Assembly: GCA_965223295.1 (NCBI GenBank) | Contig: CBDCWC010000003.1 | Span: forward strand, 352,001-416,000 | DNA from: Nitrospirales bacterium | Lineage (GTDB): Bacteria > Nitrospirota > Nitrospiria > Nitrospirales > UBA8639 | Length of the DNA stretch: 64,000 nt | Direction of reading: 5' to 3' | Shown here: in pieces, positions 51,837 to 61,322 of the stretch | How the letters are laid out: each line of letters opens with the position of its first letter | Position numbering within the stretch: the stretch's first letter is position 1 | Position numbers and translations under genes: made by a program | The notes under the pieces: generated by a model | Seen by the model: only the letters and a program-made list of their open reading frames with translations | What the model was told of the DNA's origin: nothing | Database searches by the model: none

Positions 51837-51905
51837 GGAGGCTGGGGGGAGGTGTAAGCAATGTTTCTTTCCAGACGTCAATCAAGAAAAGAACCCCCAG
51901 CCTCC
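51837..51905 (-). ncRNA. Candidate structured antisense RNA element in the nxrA-nxrB spacer
   Basis: 12-bp perfect stem whose loop is the reverse complement of GGAGGTGTAAGCA-ATGTTTCTTTCCAGACGTCAA (an nxrA-type RBS plus MFLSRRQ codons). Confidence 0.55.
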
Positions 51906-51918
51906 AAATCATGATAAT

Positions 51919-54900
51919 TTACACTTTAATCTTAATGTGGTCGCCTTTGAGCCATTTCACCATGAACTCATTTTCCTGCCCCGGCGTAAACCCGGTCCGG
52001 ACCGGCTCCCACGGACCCCGGCCGCCAATGCCGCCGTCTTCCGCCTTGGTAATCCGGATGAGACATTCTTTCGGCACCGTATTGACCGCATGGTTGTCCA
52101 CTTGGTACCCAAATTTAAATTTCCACGCCACCGCATGTTTGCCTGGCAGCGAGTCGAGTTGCTGAATTGGCATCAGCCAGTCCCGCGTAAAGGCCTGTTG
52201 CGCCCCATACCGGAAGTTCGATTGATACCCCGTGTCCATGGCAATCGCCCGCCCGTCCGGCCGCGTTTCATGCCCTTTCACGGATTTGGCCGTGGCCACA
52301 TAGGGCGCATGTTTGGCCATCGTCACATGGTACGGATAGGCCGGGTTGTACTTCGCCCGGATCATCAACCGCGCCACCTTGTAATACGGGTCACTGGGCT
52401 TCCACCCCCGATACGGCCGATCCACCGGGTTCCCATCCACGTAGACATAGTCCCCGTCGTTGATGCCCCGATCTTTGGCCGCTTGCGGGTTGATATGGAT
52501 TTGATGTTCCCCGACCCCTGGCGTCCGCTTATCCATCCGATACGCATCCCCAAAGTTCGACTCATACATCTGCACCCAGTCATTCACCGACCATTGACTA
52601 TGCACCCGATGCCGCGTCTTCGGCGTGACACAATAGAACTGATACCCCTTCTCCCATAACGGATTGGAGTAGCGCTTGATTTCCTGCCACGGCAACTTGA
52701 TGTTCCGAATGGTCTTATCATCATGATGTTGCGCCGTGATCGGCACCCCATAGTCATCCGGCCGCACATACGGATTCGACGACATGATCGCATTGGGCAA
52801 GTACGGCGTCGCTTCCGTCCCTTCCCGATGCGAAATGAGGTTTTCCCCGTACTCAATGGCTTCCGGCTCCACCCGGTAATTCTCATACCGGCCCGTCCGC
52901 GTCCATTGCGGCTTCGACTCGTTGGTTTCTTCCCAGAACGGATGGCGCGGATACGTCCGGCACATCACCATCCAGCCCTTCTCTGACTTCAACATCGTGT
53001 CCACACTGTAGCCATACCCCGTGGTGCTGGCATCCAACAACCGCTGCACATACACATCCACCCGGTTGTCATAGACAAACTTGAAGTAATCCCGGAACCG
53101 CCCGTCGCCCGTCATTTCGGTCAACTTGGCCGCCACCCCGGCTACCGTATCCAGATCGTTCCGCGTGTCATATAAGGGCCGGATGCCCCCCTTCCACACT
53201 TGGAACCAGGGATTCGACACCGTCGCCGTATGCTCTGGATAGGTGAACTCCATCCACGTATTCACCCCAAACGCCACGTCATTATGATTGACGTCCGAGG
53301 TCATTTCCACATCTTGCGTCACCAACGTTTCAATGTGCGGATCCACGTTCTTCACCATGTCATAATGGTGTTTGGCGTTGTTCAACACATTCACATTGGC
53401 CACCCACCGGAATTTACTGGGGGTGGGCATATGCGTCTTCCCCGTAAACACCCGCCGGCCATACTTCGGCGTATTGACAATCAACGCCGTATCCCCATGG
53501 TTCCAATAGGCCACTTCTTCGCCATAATAGTAGCCTTTGACATGGATCTCTTTGCCATGCACCGTTGGATCCGTGGTGATCTTAAAGGGGTTCTCCCCCG
53601 TATGCGTCCCGAGCCCGCCGCCGCCCCATGGCGTGGCGTTCCAGATCCCCGCTTTATAGTTACCGGCCCAGGTATGCTGCCCCGTGCCGAATTTCCCCAC
53701 ATTCCCCGTCACAATCAACACCATCGCCGCGCCACGCGCGATAATGGTTTGATGGAAATAGTGGTTGGTGCCTTCCCCGTTGTGAATGGCCGCCGGCTTG
53801 ATCGTCCCCGAATCCCGCGCCCACCGCACAATCAGGTCCTTCGGCGCCCGATTGATTTGATGCACCGTATCCAAGTCATAGTCCTGCAGATGCACCTGAT
53901 ACATTTGCATCACCGGCATCACGTCCACCTCCCGGTTGTTCAACAACTTCACCCGGTAGGTCCCCGTCAACGCTGAGTCAATGCCGCTCTTGCGATAATG
54001 CCAGCCCACCAATTCCCGATGAATCGGCACCGCCTGATTCTTGTTCAGATCCCACACCATAAAGCCCCCCAACCGGGCCAGCTTCGCAGGATCCAACGTT
54101 TGCATTTTCCCTGAATAACTCTTACTGAAGTCCGGGAGTTGATAGTCTTTGATCACTTCCCGGGGGTCCAAGTACTGCAACGTATCCGTCCGCACCAACA
54201 ACGGCATGTCCGTGTACGCTTGACAAAAATCATGGTCATACATGTTTTCATCAAAGATGATTTTACAGGCCCCTAAAAACAAGGCCCCGTCTGTCTGTGG
54301 CCGCACTGGAATCCAGTAGTCTGCCCGATAGGCCGTCGGGTTATATTCCGGCGTGATCACCACCACCCGGGCCCCCCGCTCAATGCTCTCGAGCTTCCAA
54401 TGCGCCTCCGGCATCTTGTTTTCCACGAAGTTCTTCCCCCAGCTGGTGTTCAGCTTCGAGAACCGCATGTCATTCATGTCCACATCCGAGGCTTGCACGC
54501 CGTTCCAGAACGGATGCGCGGGGTTTTGATCCCCATGCCACGTATAATTCGACCAATACCGGCCCCCTTGCGCTTGGTCCGGCTTGACTTTGCGAATGTA
54601 GGTATCCAGCAACGCCCCGCAGCCCCCATTCATCCGGGTGATCCCCATTTTCCCAATCACCCCCAAAATGGGCATCCCCGCCCGGAACTTAAAGCAGCGC
54701 GTGGCCGCCCCTTTGCTCATCTCAATCATTTCCGGTGGATAGCCTTGCTCCCGCATCCGACGGGCTCCCGCTTCCCCCGAATACCGCTCGGCGATGATGA
54801 TCATCGCTTTGGCCAGGTACGTAAACGCCGTATCCCAGCTCACCCGCAACATGTCATCCAAGTACCGCGCGTTAAACTTATATTTCGTCATCACCGCCGG

Positions 54901-55356
54901 CGTAAACTCCGGACTGCCGGCATCCATCCAGGCCTTCCAGCCCCGCCGCATCAACGGCCCTTTCAGCCGATACGGCCCATACACCCGCCGATGCATCGTG
55001 AACCCCTTCAGACACATCCGCGGATTATGCGCAAACGTCCCCCGGTTGCCGTAGAGATCTTCGTAGGTTTGATGGTCGTAGTTTTGCTCCACCCGCATGA
55101 CCACCCCGTTGCGCACAAACGCCCGGATTCGGCAGGCATGCGTGTCATTCGGGGAACAACACCACGTAAACGAGCTGTCATAGCGATATTGATCGTGATA
55201 CACCCGCTCCCAGGACCGGTCGGGATACTCCCCCAGGGGATTGCCCACTTCGATGACCGGCTGCAGCGCCGTCAAGGCCAGCGCCTTGTCCGCTAAGGCC
55301 ACCGCCGCTACCGTGCCGGCGGAGACCTTTAAAAATTGCCGTCTAGAAAGAAACAT
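51919..55356 (-). CDS. nxrA: Nitrite oxidoreductase alpha subunit (periplasmic, Tat-exported molybdoenzyme)
   Basis: MFLSRRQFLK twin-Arg signal, CSPNDTHAC Fe-S motif, 1145 aa, upstream of nxrB. Confidence 0.96.
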   Translation of the reverse strand: MFLSRRQFLKVSAGTVAAVALADKALALTALQPVIEVGNPLGEYPDRSWERVYHDQYRYDSSFTWCCSPNDTHACRIRAFVRNGVVMRVEQNYDHQTYEDLYGNRGTFAHNPRMCLKGFTMHRRVYGPYRLKGPLMRRGWKAWMDAGSPEFTPAVMTKYKFNARYLDDMLRVSWDTAFTYLAKAMIIIAERYSGEAGARRMREQGYPPEMIEMSKGAATRCFKFRAGMPILGVIGKMGITRMNGGCGALLDTYIRKVKPDQAQGGRYWSNYTWHGDQNPAHPFWNGVQASDVDMNDMRFSKLNTSWGKNFVENKMPEAHWKLESIERGARVVVITPEYNPTAYRADYWIPVRPQTDGALFLGACKIIFDENMYDHDFCQAYTDMPLLVRTDTLQYLDPREVIKDYQLPDFSKSYSGKMQTLDPAKLARLGGFMVWDLNKNQAVPIHRELVGWHYRKSGIDSALTGTYRVKLLNNREVDVMPVMQMYQVHLQDYDLDTVHQINRAPKDLIVRWARDSGTIKPAAIHNGEGTNHYFHQTIIARGAAMVLIVTGNVGKFGTGQHTWAGNYKAGIWNATPWGGGGLGTHTGENPFKITTDPTVHGKEIHVKGYYYGEEVAYWNHGDTALIVNTPKYGRRVFTGKTHMPTPSKFRWVANVNVLNNAKHHYDMVKNVDPHIETLVTQDVEMTSDVNHNDVAFGVNTWMEFTYPEHTATVSNPWFQVWKGGIRPLYDTRNDLDTVAGVAAKLTEMTGDGRFRDYFKFVYDNRVDVYVQRLLDASTTGYGYSVDTMLKSEKGWMVMCRTYPRHPFWEETNESKPQWTRTGRYENYRVEPEAIEYGENLISHREGTEATPYLPNAIMSSNPYVRPDDYGVPITAQHHDDKTIRNIKLPWQEIKRYSNPLWEKGYQFYCVTPKTRHRVHSQWSVNDWVQMYESNFGDAYRMDKRTPGVGEHQIHINPQAAKDRGINDGDYVYVDGNPVDRPYRGWKPSDPYYKVARLMIRAKYNPAYPYHVTMAKHAPYVATAKSVKGHETRPDGRAIAMDTGYQSNFRYGAQQAFTRDWLMPIQQLDSLPGKHAVAWKFKFGYQVDNHAVNTVPKECLIRITKAEDGGIGGRGPWEPVRTGFTPGQENEFMVKWLKGDHIKIKV

Positions 55357-55705
55357 TGAGAATACCTCCTTTTAAAAAATTCTCACATGAGAAAATAAAA
55401 GACCATCTCTCATTGCGACAGGCTCCCCCTGTCGTGCTTCTTCAACCTCCCTCCATCCTTAATGGACGATAAAAGTGAACAATTTATAAAAACGAGACAC
55501 ATATCCTATCTAGGCAAAAAATTCCCATGGAACATTGTGCAATCCGTATTCCCCAAAAACATAAACATGGAAAATACTTGTATGTTATTGATATTTCATA
55601 GAATTTAATGCACGTACCTGAACGTTCCTCCATATAGCGAAACATAGAAACATCGAAATTTCGAGGATGCCGGCAAGGTGTCATTGGAATTTCAAGGCCT
55701 ATAAA

Positions 55706-55722
55706 TTAGGGGTCAGACTCGA
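55706..55722 (+). repeat. REP half-site upstream of RAYT
   Basis: TTAGGGGTCAGACTCGA, identical to the arm of the downstream palindrome. Confidence 0.75.
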
Positions 55723-55784
55723 CTTTATTTCAGGTTCTTGATATATTCCAGCCACAAAACTCTAGTTTACAAGAAAGAGCTTCT

Positions 55785-56477
55785 ATGGCCCGCTTACCCC
55801 GTTTTTTTGTGCCCGGCATTCCCCTTCATATCATTCAACGGGGAAATAATCGCGGAGCGCTGTTTCATCACATTAATGACTACAATGTCTATCGTGAATG
55901 GCTGCAAGAAGCAGCTCAATCACATGGTTGCGCCATTCATGCCTATGTCTTAATGACCAATCATGTGCATCTCCTACTTACGCCAACACATCAAGATAGT
56001 TTGCCAAAGACTTTTCAGTCGTTAGGCCGCCGCTACGTTCAGTATTTCAACGCCACGCACCAACGCACAGGAACGCTTTGGGAAGGACGCTATCGGGCCA
56101 CGTTAATTGAAAGTGAGGCCTATCTTTTAACCTGCTGCCGGTACATTGAGCTCAATCCCGTTCGGGCCGAAATGGTCAGACGTCCTCGTGACTATCGATG
56201 GTCCAGCTATCATTATCATGCTGAAGGAAAACCAGATCCCCTTCTCACCCCTCACAGCCTCTACCAACGCCTCGGCAGCACAACGACTGCGCGACAACAA
56301 GCCTATCGAGCCCTCTTTCGCCAGCATTTAAGCGGAGAAACGTTAGACACCATTCGAGAGGCCACCAACAAGGCCTGGGTATTGGGGACTGAAAAATTCA
56401 AAGATCGCCTGGCCAAGAAACTTGATCGCCGCGTGGCACCTTTGCCGCGAGGCCGGCCCTCATTAGAAAAAGATTAA
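55785..56477 (+). CDS. REP-associated tyrosine (Y1/HUH) transposase, RAYT
   Basis: HIIQRGNNR, MTNHVHLL (HUH), GTLWEGRY, YIELNPVRA, YRWSSY. Confidence 0.9.
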   Translation: MARLPRFFVPGIPLHIIQRGNNRGALFHHINDYNVYREWLQEAAQSHGCAIHAYVLMTNHVHLLLTPTHQDSLPKTFQSLGRRYVQYFNATHQRTGTLWEGRYRATLIESEAYLLTCCRYIELNPVRAEMVRRPRDYRWSSYHYHAEGKPDPLLTPHSLYQRLGSTTTARQQAYRALFRQHLSGETLDTIREATNKAWVLGTEKFKDRLAKKLDRRVAPLPRGRPSLEKD

Positions 56478-56493
56478 TCCCCCTGACTTAACA

Positions 56494-56534
56494 TTAGGGG
56501 TCAGACTCGAATTTAATTCGAGTCTGACCCCTAA
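56494..56534. repeat. REP/REPIN-like perfect palindrome
   Basis: TTAGGGGTCAGACTCGAATT-T-AATTCGAGTCTGACCCCTAA. Confidence 0.85.
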
Positions 56535-56559
56535 AATGCCCCTAAAGGATTCTTCCTGT

Positions 56560-57264
56560 TTAGGTTTCAGGGGAGCCTGCAGGACGTTTGAGCTCCTCCA
56601 GTGTGACATGTTTCGGGAGAAGGACCGGGAAGACGATGCCGATAGGGTCACCTCGATGAATCGTGATCGGTTCTTGGGAGGGAATCTCTAATTGCAGCAG
56701 GAAGTTTGTCACAAATGCATCATAGTCAGGAAGAAAGTCATAGAGATTGGGAGTGGTTTTATACTCTTGCGTTTTGATGCCTTCCCAAATAGAAAATGGA
56801 CGCTGAGGGAGATGATAGAAATGATTGGGAATATCTTTCATCATCATACCCAACTGTTTCGGGTAATAAAACCGAAGACCGCAGCATAACTTGGGAAATC
56901 CGCTGTTGAGAATACTATCCACATACATTCCAGAAAAGGATTTGTACCCCAACAGCCGTTCTTCAGGAAGAATAGGAGGCGATTGCCATTCAAACCCTTT
57001 TCCCGCACGGCGAATCCGGCAATCCGCTGGTGAGCGAATAAGCCAACCATACTGCCCGATAAATCGCACAGGGCCACAGTCATCAGGAATGACCTTGTAC
57101 CCACTGCCAGCGAGCTGACGTTGCTCGTCAAGAGACATCCCCGTCATCATAGGTCGATGCGGATGAAAATCTAGCTTTAATCGTTCAGGAGCAAAGGCCG
57201 TGGAATATTCCCGCTCCCAATACATCGTCCACTTCATCTCTGTATTTCCAGGTCGTTCGTTCAT
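56560..57264 (-). CDS. Hypothetical protein (weak DUF6065/dUTPase-like resemblance)
   Basis: Long ORF; CGPV...YGWLIRSP and IHRGDPIG; start uncertain. Confidence 0.55.
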   Translation of the reverse strand: MNERPGNTEMKWTMYWEREYSTAFAPERLKLDFHPHRPMMTGMSLDEQRQLAGSGYKVIPDDCGPVRFIGQYGWLIRSPADCRIRRAGKGFEWQSPPILPEERLLGYKSFSGMYVDSILNSGFPKLCCGLRFYYPKQLGMMMKDIPNHFYHLPQRPFSIWEGIKTQEYKTTPNLYDFLPDYDAFVTNFLLQLEIPSQEPITIHRGDPIGIVFPVLLPKHVTLEELKRPAGSPET

Positions 57265-57302
57265 AAAAATGCCCATCCCATTAAGGGGAAGCACATCTCT
57301 TG

Positions 57303-57926
57303 TCATTGAGCCGCAGAGACTTCGCCTCGCTTTATCATCCAAGCCACCTCAGCCACACGCTTGCCCAGGGCCCAGGCCTCCGCTTTTTCCGTATCGTTAA
57401 TGCCTGGGCTTTCACCTTCAGTAGTCGCGGAGGCCCCGAACGCTCCACCATCACTTACCACAATCATCTGATTCCCCAACATTGCGGCTAAAATGGTTAA
57501 CATCGTGACTTCTTTGCCACTGGAAACTTGCCCTCCGGTGGCAAACGCCGCCCCGACCTTATTTCGCATTTTAAATTCGGGAAACACACCAAACTCAAAT
57601 TGCCAGCGATCAAAAAAACTTTTCACCTCACCAGACATATTGGACCAATACACCGGCGACCCGACCACTACGGCATCACTACCGAATAACAGATCTGCCG
57701 TGACATTTCCTACCGCATGTAGCAACACGCGCGTACCAGGAACAGCCTCGGCTCCAGCCACCACACTCTGAGCCATCGTTTGAGTATTGCCCGACAAGGA
57801 ATGATACGCGACGAGAACCTGAAGAGTGTCCGACTGAGACTGGACTTGGGCTGAAACCTGTGAACATCCAAGGCTCAGGACAATCAACCCTAGAAACAAC
57901 CACAGAACTGGTGGAGTGCGCATCAA
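57303..57926 (-). CDS. Exported flavodoxin-like (WrbA-family) NAD(P)H:quinone oxidoreductase
   Basis: YHSLSGNT, GSPVY, GAAFATGG; N-terminal signal-like sequence. Confidence 0.85.
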   Translation of the reverse strand: MMRTPPVLWLFLGLIVLSLGCSQVSAQVQSQSDTLQVLVAYHSLSGNTQTMAQSVVAGAEAVPGTRVLLHAVGNVTADLLFGSDAVVVGSPVYWSNMSGEVKSFFDRWQFEFGVFPEFKMRNKVGAAFATGGQVSSGKEVTMLTILAAMLGNQMIVVSDGGAFGASATTEGESPGINDTEKAEAWALGKRVAEVAWMIKRGEVSAAQ

Positions 57927-58001
57927 AATTCAGAAGAGCCAGAAGAAGGAACCACACGAAGACTCATGGCACAAGGAAGGATGGACAAAAAAATACTGAA
58001 T

Positions 58002-58188
58002 GGCCCTGTTGAAAAAAGCCGCCAGCGGCGTTCTCGCCATTGTTCTGTGCTCACGTACTGCCAGGACGCTCCGTACGCAAAAATGGCTGTGGCCTTGCTG
58101 GACGACATTTTTGAACAGCCCTGAGGCTGATGATGGCAACCCGCTTCGGGGCGAAATATGGCCCTTGTCTTCATTAATCAACACTCCC
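58002..58188 (+). repeat. Family-B MITE-like repeat
   Basis: CTGTTGAAAAAAGCCGCCAGCGGCGTTCTCGCC...CTCACGTAC...TCAACACTCCC. Confidence 0.8.
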
Positions 58189-58202
58189 TGAATAACAAAA
58201 TG

Positions 58203-58391
58203 TTACTGCCGTCCCACTTCTTCATCAATATGTTCTTCTACGGAAACATGTGTTAACGCCCCGCGATAATCACACTTATGACACCGCACACGAAACTCTT
58301 CCAACCACCGCTCCTGCACAAAATGTTGGTGGCACTTCGGGCACGCAAAGACCCCCTTCACATAATGCACTTGCTTCTTATATTTCATCAC
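58203..58391 (-). CDS. Small zinc-ribbon protein
   Basis: CPKC...CHKC; GAGGGGG RBS. Confidence 0.6.
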   Translation of the reverse strand: MMKYKKQVHYVKGVFACPKCHQHFVQERWLEEFRVRCHKCDYRGALTHVSVEEHIDEEVGRQ

Positions 58392-58874
58392 CCAACCCCC
58401 TCAAAAAATAGAATGAATACCAACAGTTAGCCTGCCATACCCCTTTTCTCAATTGCAACTTCTACTATCTTGAACATACCCAAAACGAGTTCGATAGGCT
58501 GATAACTCTGCATTTCCTCTCAATAATACTGGATACTCAATCTCGTAGATCGCCAACTTGAAGTCCATCGCCAACCCAATGCTGAACCGCCATCGCCCCC
58601 TTCCTATCAAAACCATGCGGTAAAAGCTATCTCAGAGACCATCAATCCTCTTCTACGTCCCGAACAACCAATAGCCATAGTCGATTTACCTCCCTAATCC
58701 TCTCTCAGATGAACCCATCAAAAACAACTCCTATCAAGACCGTCATAATAGGTTCCTGATACCTTATTACGCATATGCTGACTCCTGATCTCGAAGCCAG
58801 GTGCCGGTAAATGACCCAAGAACGGGATAAGGGGGCTCTCGAATGGTCAAAAGCCACGGTCAAAGAAACTTTAG

Positions 58875-59200
58875 ATGAATCGCGGTGAAATGTGGTGAGT
58901 GAATTTTGAGCCAATTATCGGTGGCCAAATTTGAAAAAAACGACCTGCCATCATTCATAGTAACGATATCTCGAATAAATACCTCAACCGAGTTCAAGTT
59001 GCTCCAGTGACAAGTAACATTGAACGTGTCTATCCAAGTGAAGCGTATATCACCGTCCAAGGTCACCAGAGCAAAGCGATGGGTGACCAATTGACAACAT
59101 TCAGCAAACTACGGTTAACGAGTCTAATCGGACGATTGTCCGAACATGATCGCCGAACTGTCGAACGAGTGGCCAAATTCACCTGGGGTTTTGGAGCGAG
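58875..59200 (+). pseudogene. PemK/MazF toxin pseudogene (antitoxin remnant upstream)
   Basis: MNRGEMW*VNFEPIIGGQI*KKRPAII.SND...RVQVAPVTSN, two in-frame TGA. Confidence 0.8.
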
Positions 59201-59559
59201 GCATAGACGCCTTATCTATTCAATCATGGGGCAATCACAAACACTTACCGAAAAGCCATGTGCAATCCAAAATCAGTAATGCTTCCTCATGACATTCTAG
59301 GACCTGTTGAATATTTATGGGAAAAGGTATTCTGTTAATGTCATGTATGTAAAATTTAATAAATACTAATAGCTAGACTAATTTGCCCAATTGTACCTCA
59401 AAACGCTTTAGCTTTGAGCCCAAGATCAATACCTCCACCCAAAAACAAAAAGAGCCTCGCACAGAATATGCGAAGTTCTTCACTCATATAGAAATCTCAT
59501 AGATTCAGACCCAGATAATCACAGAAAACCTTGCCGAATTCAAACCAGGTTTTTCCCTA

Positions 59560-61067
59560 TCAGCATCCATGCCGACAAAAGGCATTCATAAGGAGTCTAC
59601 GGACACTCCAAGCCCAGCGCATACGTCCCGAACTCGTTAGGTCATTCGCTCTCACCTTGATGACATAGGTCCCACTCTCCGGCAAGGTAACCTCCCGCTG
59701 CGTCGGGCCAAACGACGAGGTCACTTGCACTCCGGTGGGAGAGAAAACAAAAGCCTGTGGGAAAGGAGCCCCAGCGAACCCCGTATCTGCCAGCGTGATC
59801 GCCACCACCTGACCCGCCTGCCCACTGAAGGTAAACTCTTCCTCTTCACCAGCTATATCAATGGACCCTGACACTAAATCCCCACATTGCAGACTGGCGC
59901 CCGTGGGGGTATTAATCACAATAGTATCTGGGACACTATCAATCGTCCCATCATTGACGATGAGTTGCACCACGTACGTTCCCGGTAGATCCGCCACAAA
60001 GGTGAGATTCACAAGCGTCGGATCCGAAAGGGTGGCATTGCTCCCTGCTGGTTTCGTGGTCAGCGACCAGGCAAAGGTGAGCGGATCATTGTCCGCATCG
60101 CTTGAGCTGCTCCCATCCAATTGCACCGTATCGTCTACTTGTACGTTTTGATTCGACCCTGCCTCAGCCACTGGACGTAAGTTTTCGGTATCTATTACGA
60201 CCGTATCGGGCAGACTGTCCTCCGTCCCGTCATTGACGATCAGTTGCGCCACATACATCCCTGGCAGATCCGCCACAAACGTTGGCATCACCGCCGTCGG
60301 GTCAGACAAGGTGGCCGCGCTCCCCGCCGGGACCGTGGTCAGAGACCATTGAAACGTCAACGGATCGCCATCTACATCACTCGACCCACTCCCATCCAAC
60401 GTCACTGTGTTGCCCACATCTACCATGGACTGATCTGGACCGGCATCGGCCACAGGCGCCGTGTTGCCGGTCGTGATGACAACTTCCTCCGGCAAACTAT
60501 CTTCCTGGCTATCATTCACAATCAGCTGGAACTTATATTCTCCTGGAACATTGGCGAAAAACGTTGGCATAACAGTGGACTGATCCGACAGCACTGCGGC
60601 GCCTCCAGAAGGCTGAGAGGTAATCTGCCATTTAAATGTCAAGGGGTCCCCATCCGGATCGTTCGACCCACTCCCATCCAACGCCACCGTGTCACCAACT
60701 CCCACGGTCTGATCTGGGCCCGCATTGGCAATGGGTTTTCTATTGGAGGCTTCACAGGCGTTCGGTCAACCGGGAATCCAGACTGCCCGAAAGCTTCCGT
60801 GACAAAATTGACGTCGGTCATATCAATAATGCCACTGTCATCCGTGTCCGCACAAAGACATAGAGGATTGGCAGATAGGTCAGCACCAAAACAACTTCCG
60901 ACAATAGACGTATCCAATATATTCACAGTTCCGTCATTATTCAGGTCAGGATCAGGGGCAAGGGCAAGCAATGTCGAGGGCCAGACCACCACCAGTAAGA
61001 CCAGGAAAAGACTGGCAAAAGCTTTACTCAGCGTTTTCAAAGAATCCTGATTTACATTTCTGACCAT
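59560..61067 (-). pseudogene. Secreted dockerin plus 3x PKD/REJ-like plus PPC-like domain protein, frameshifted
   Basis: Signal peptide; DLNNDGTVNILD and DTDDSGIIDMTD loops; frameshift near 60750 into PIANAGPDQ; three AGxDQ..LDGSGSxDxDGDPLTF units; second frameshift near 59628 (GTYALGLECP*). Confidence 0.75.
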
Positions 61068-61322
61068 GGTGCACCCCCCAATATCGAAGAAGACGGTTAC
61101 CCAATACGATATGAAAAAAGTTTAATAAGTACTACTTTTCTTCTGAAAACACCAAGGGCCATTTCTCAATAACTTTTACTGAAGAAATGGCCCTCGGGCG
61201 CTCTTGGCGCAAATAGGCTCGAGAATTGGTTGAGTCTTAATTAGACCTCCGATAAGTCAAATAGCTAGCACGGTCATTCCCTTGTTATTTTGAACTCTCT
61301 TTTGCTTGGCTAAGATCTGCGT

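Noticed and set aside
51937-55296. Long + strand ORFs (240-298 aa) opposite nxrA
   Set aside because: Shadow ORFs caused by nxrA codon bias; no recognisable motifs
55530-55560. Sigma-54 promoter for nxrA (minus strand GGAATACGGATTGC)
   Set aside because: GG-N10-GC spacing fits but the -24 box is poor; cannot be supported without TSS data
57923-58191. Small ORFs here and at 10295-10544, 46460-46956, 47629-47883
   Set aside because: All are translations of the family-B repeat
58875-58940. TGA codons in the MazF-like gene as recoding (Sec or Trp)
   Set aside because: TGA is a normal stop throughout the window, no SECIS-like hairpin seen, and the antitoxin is also decayed
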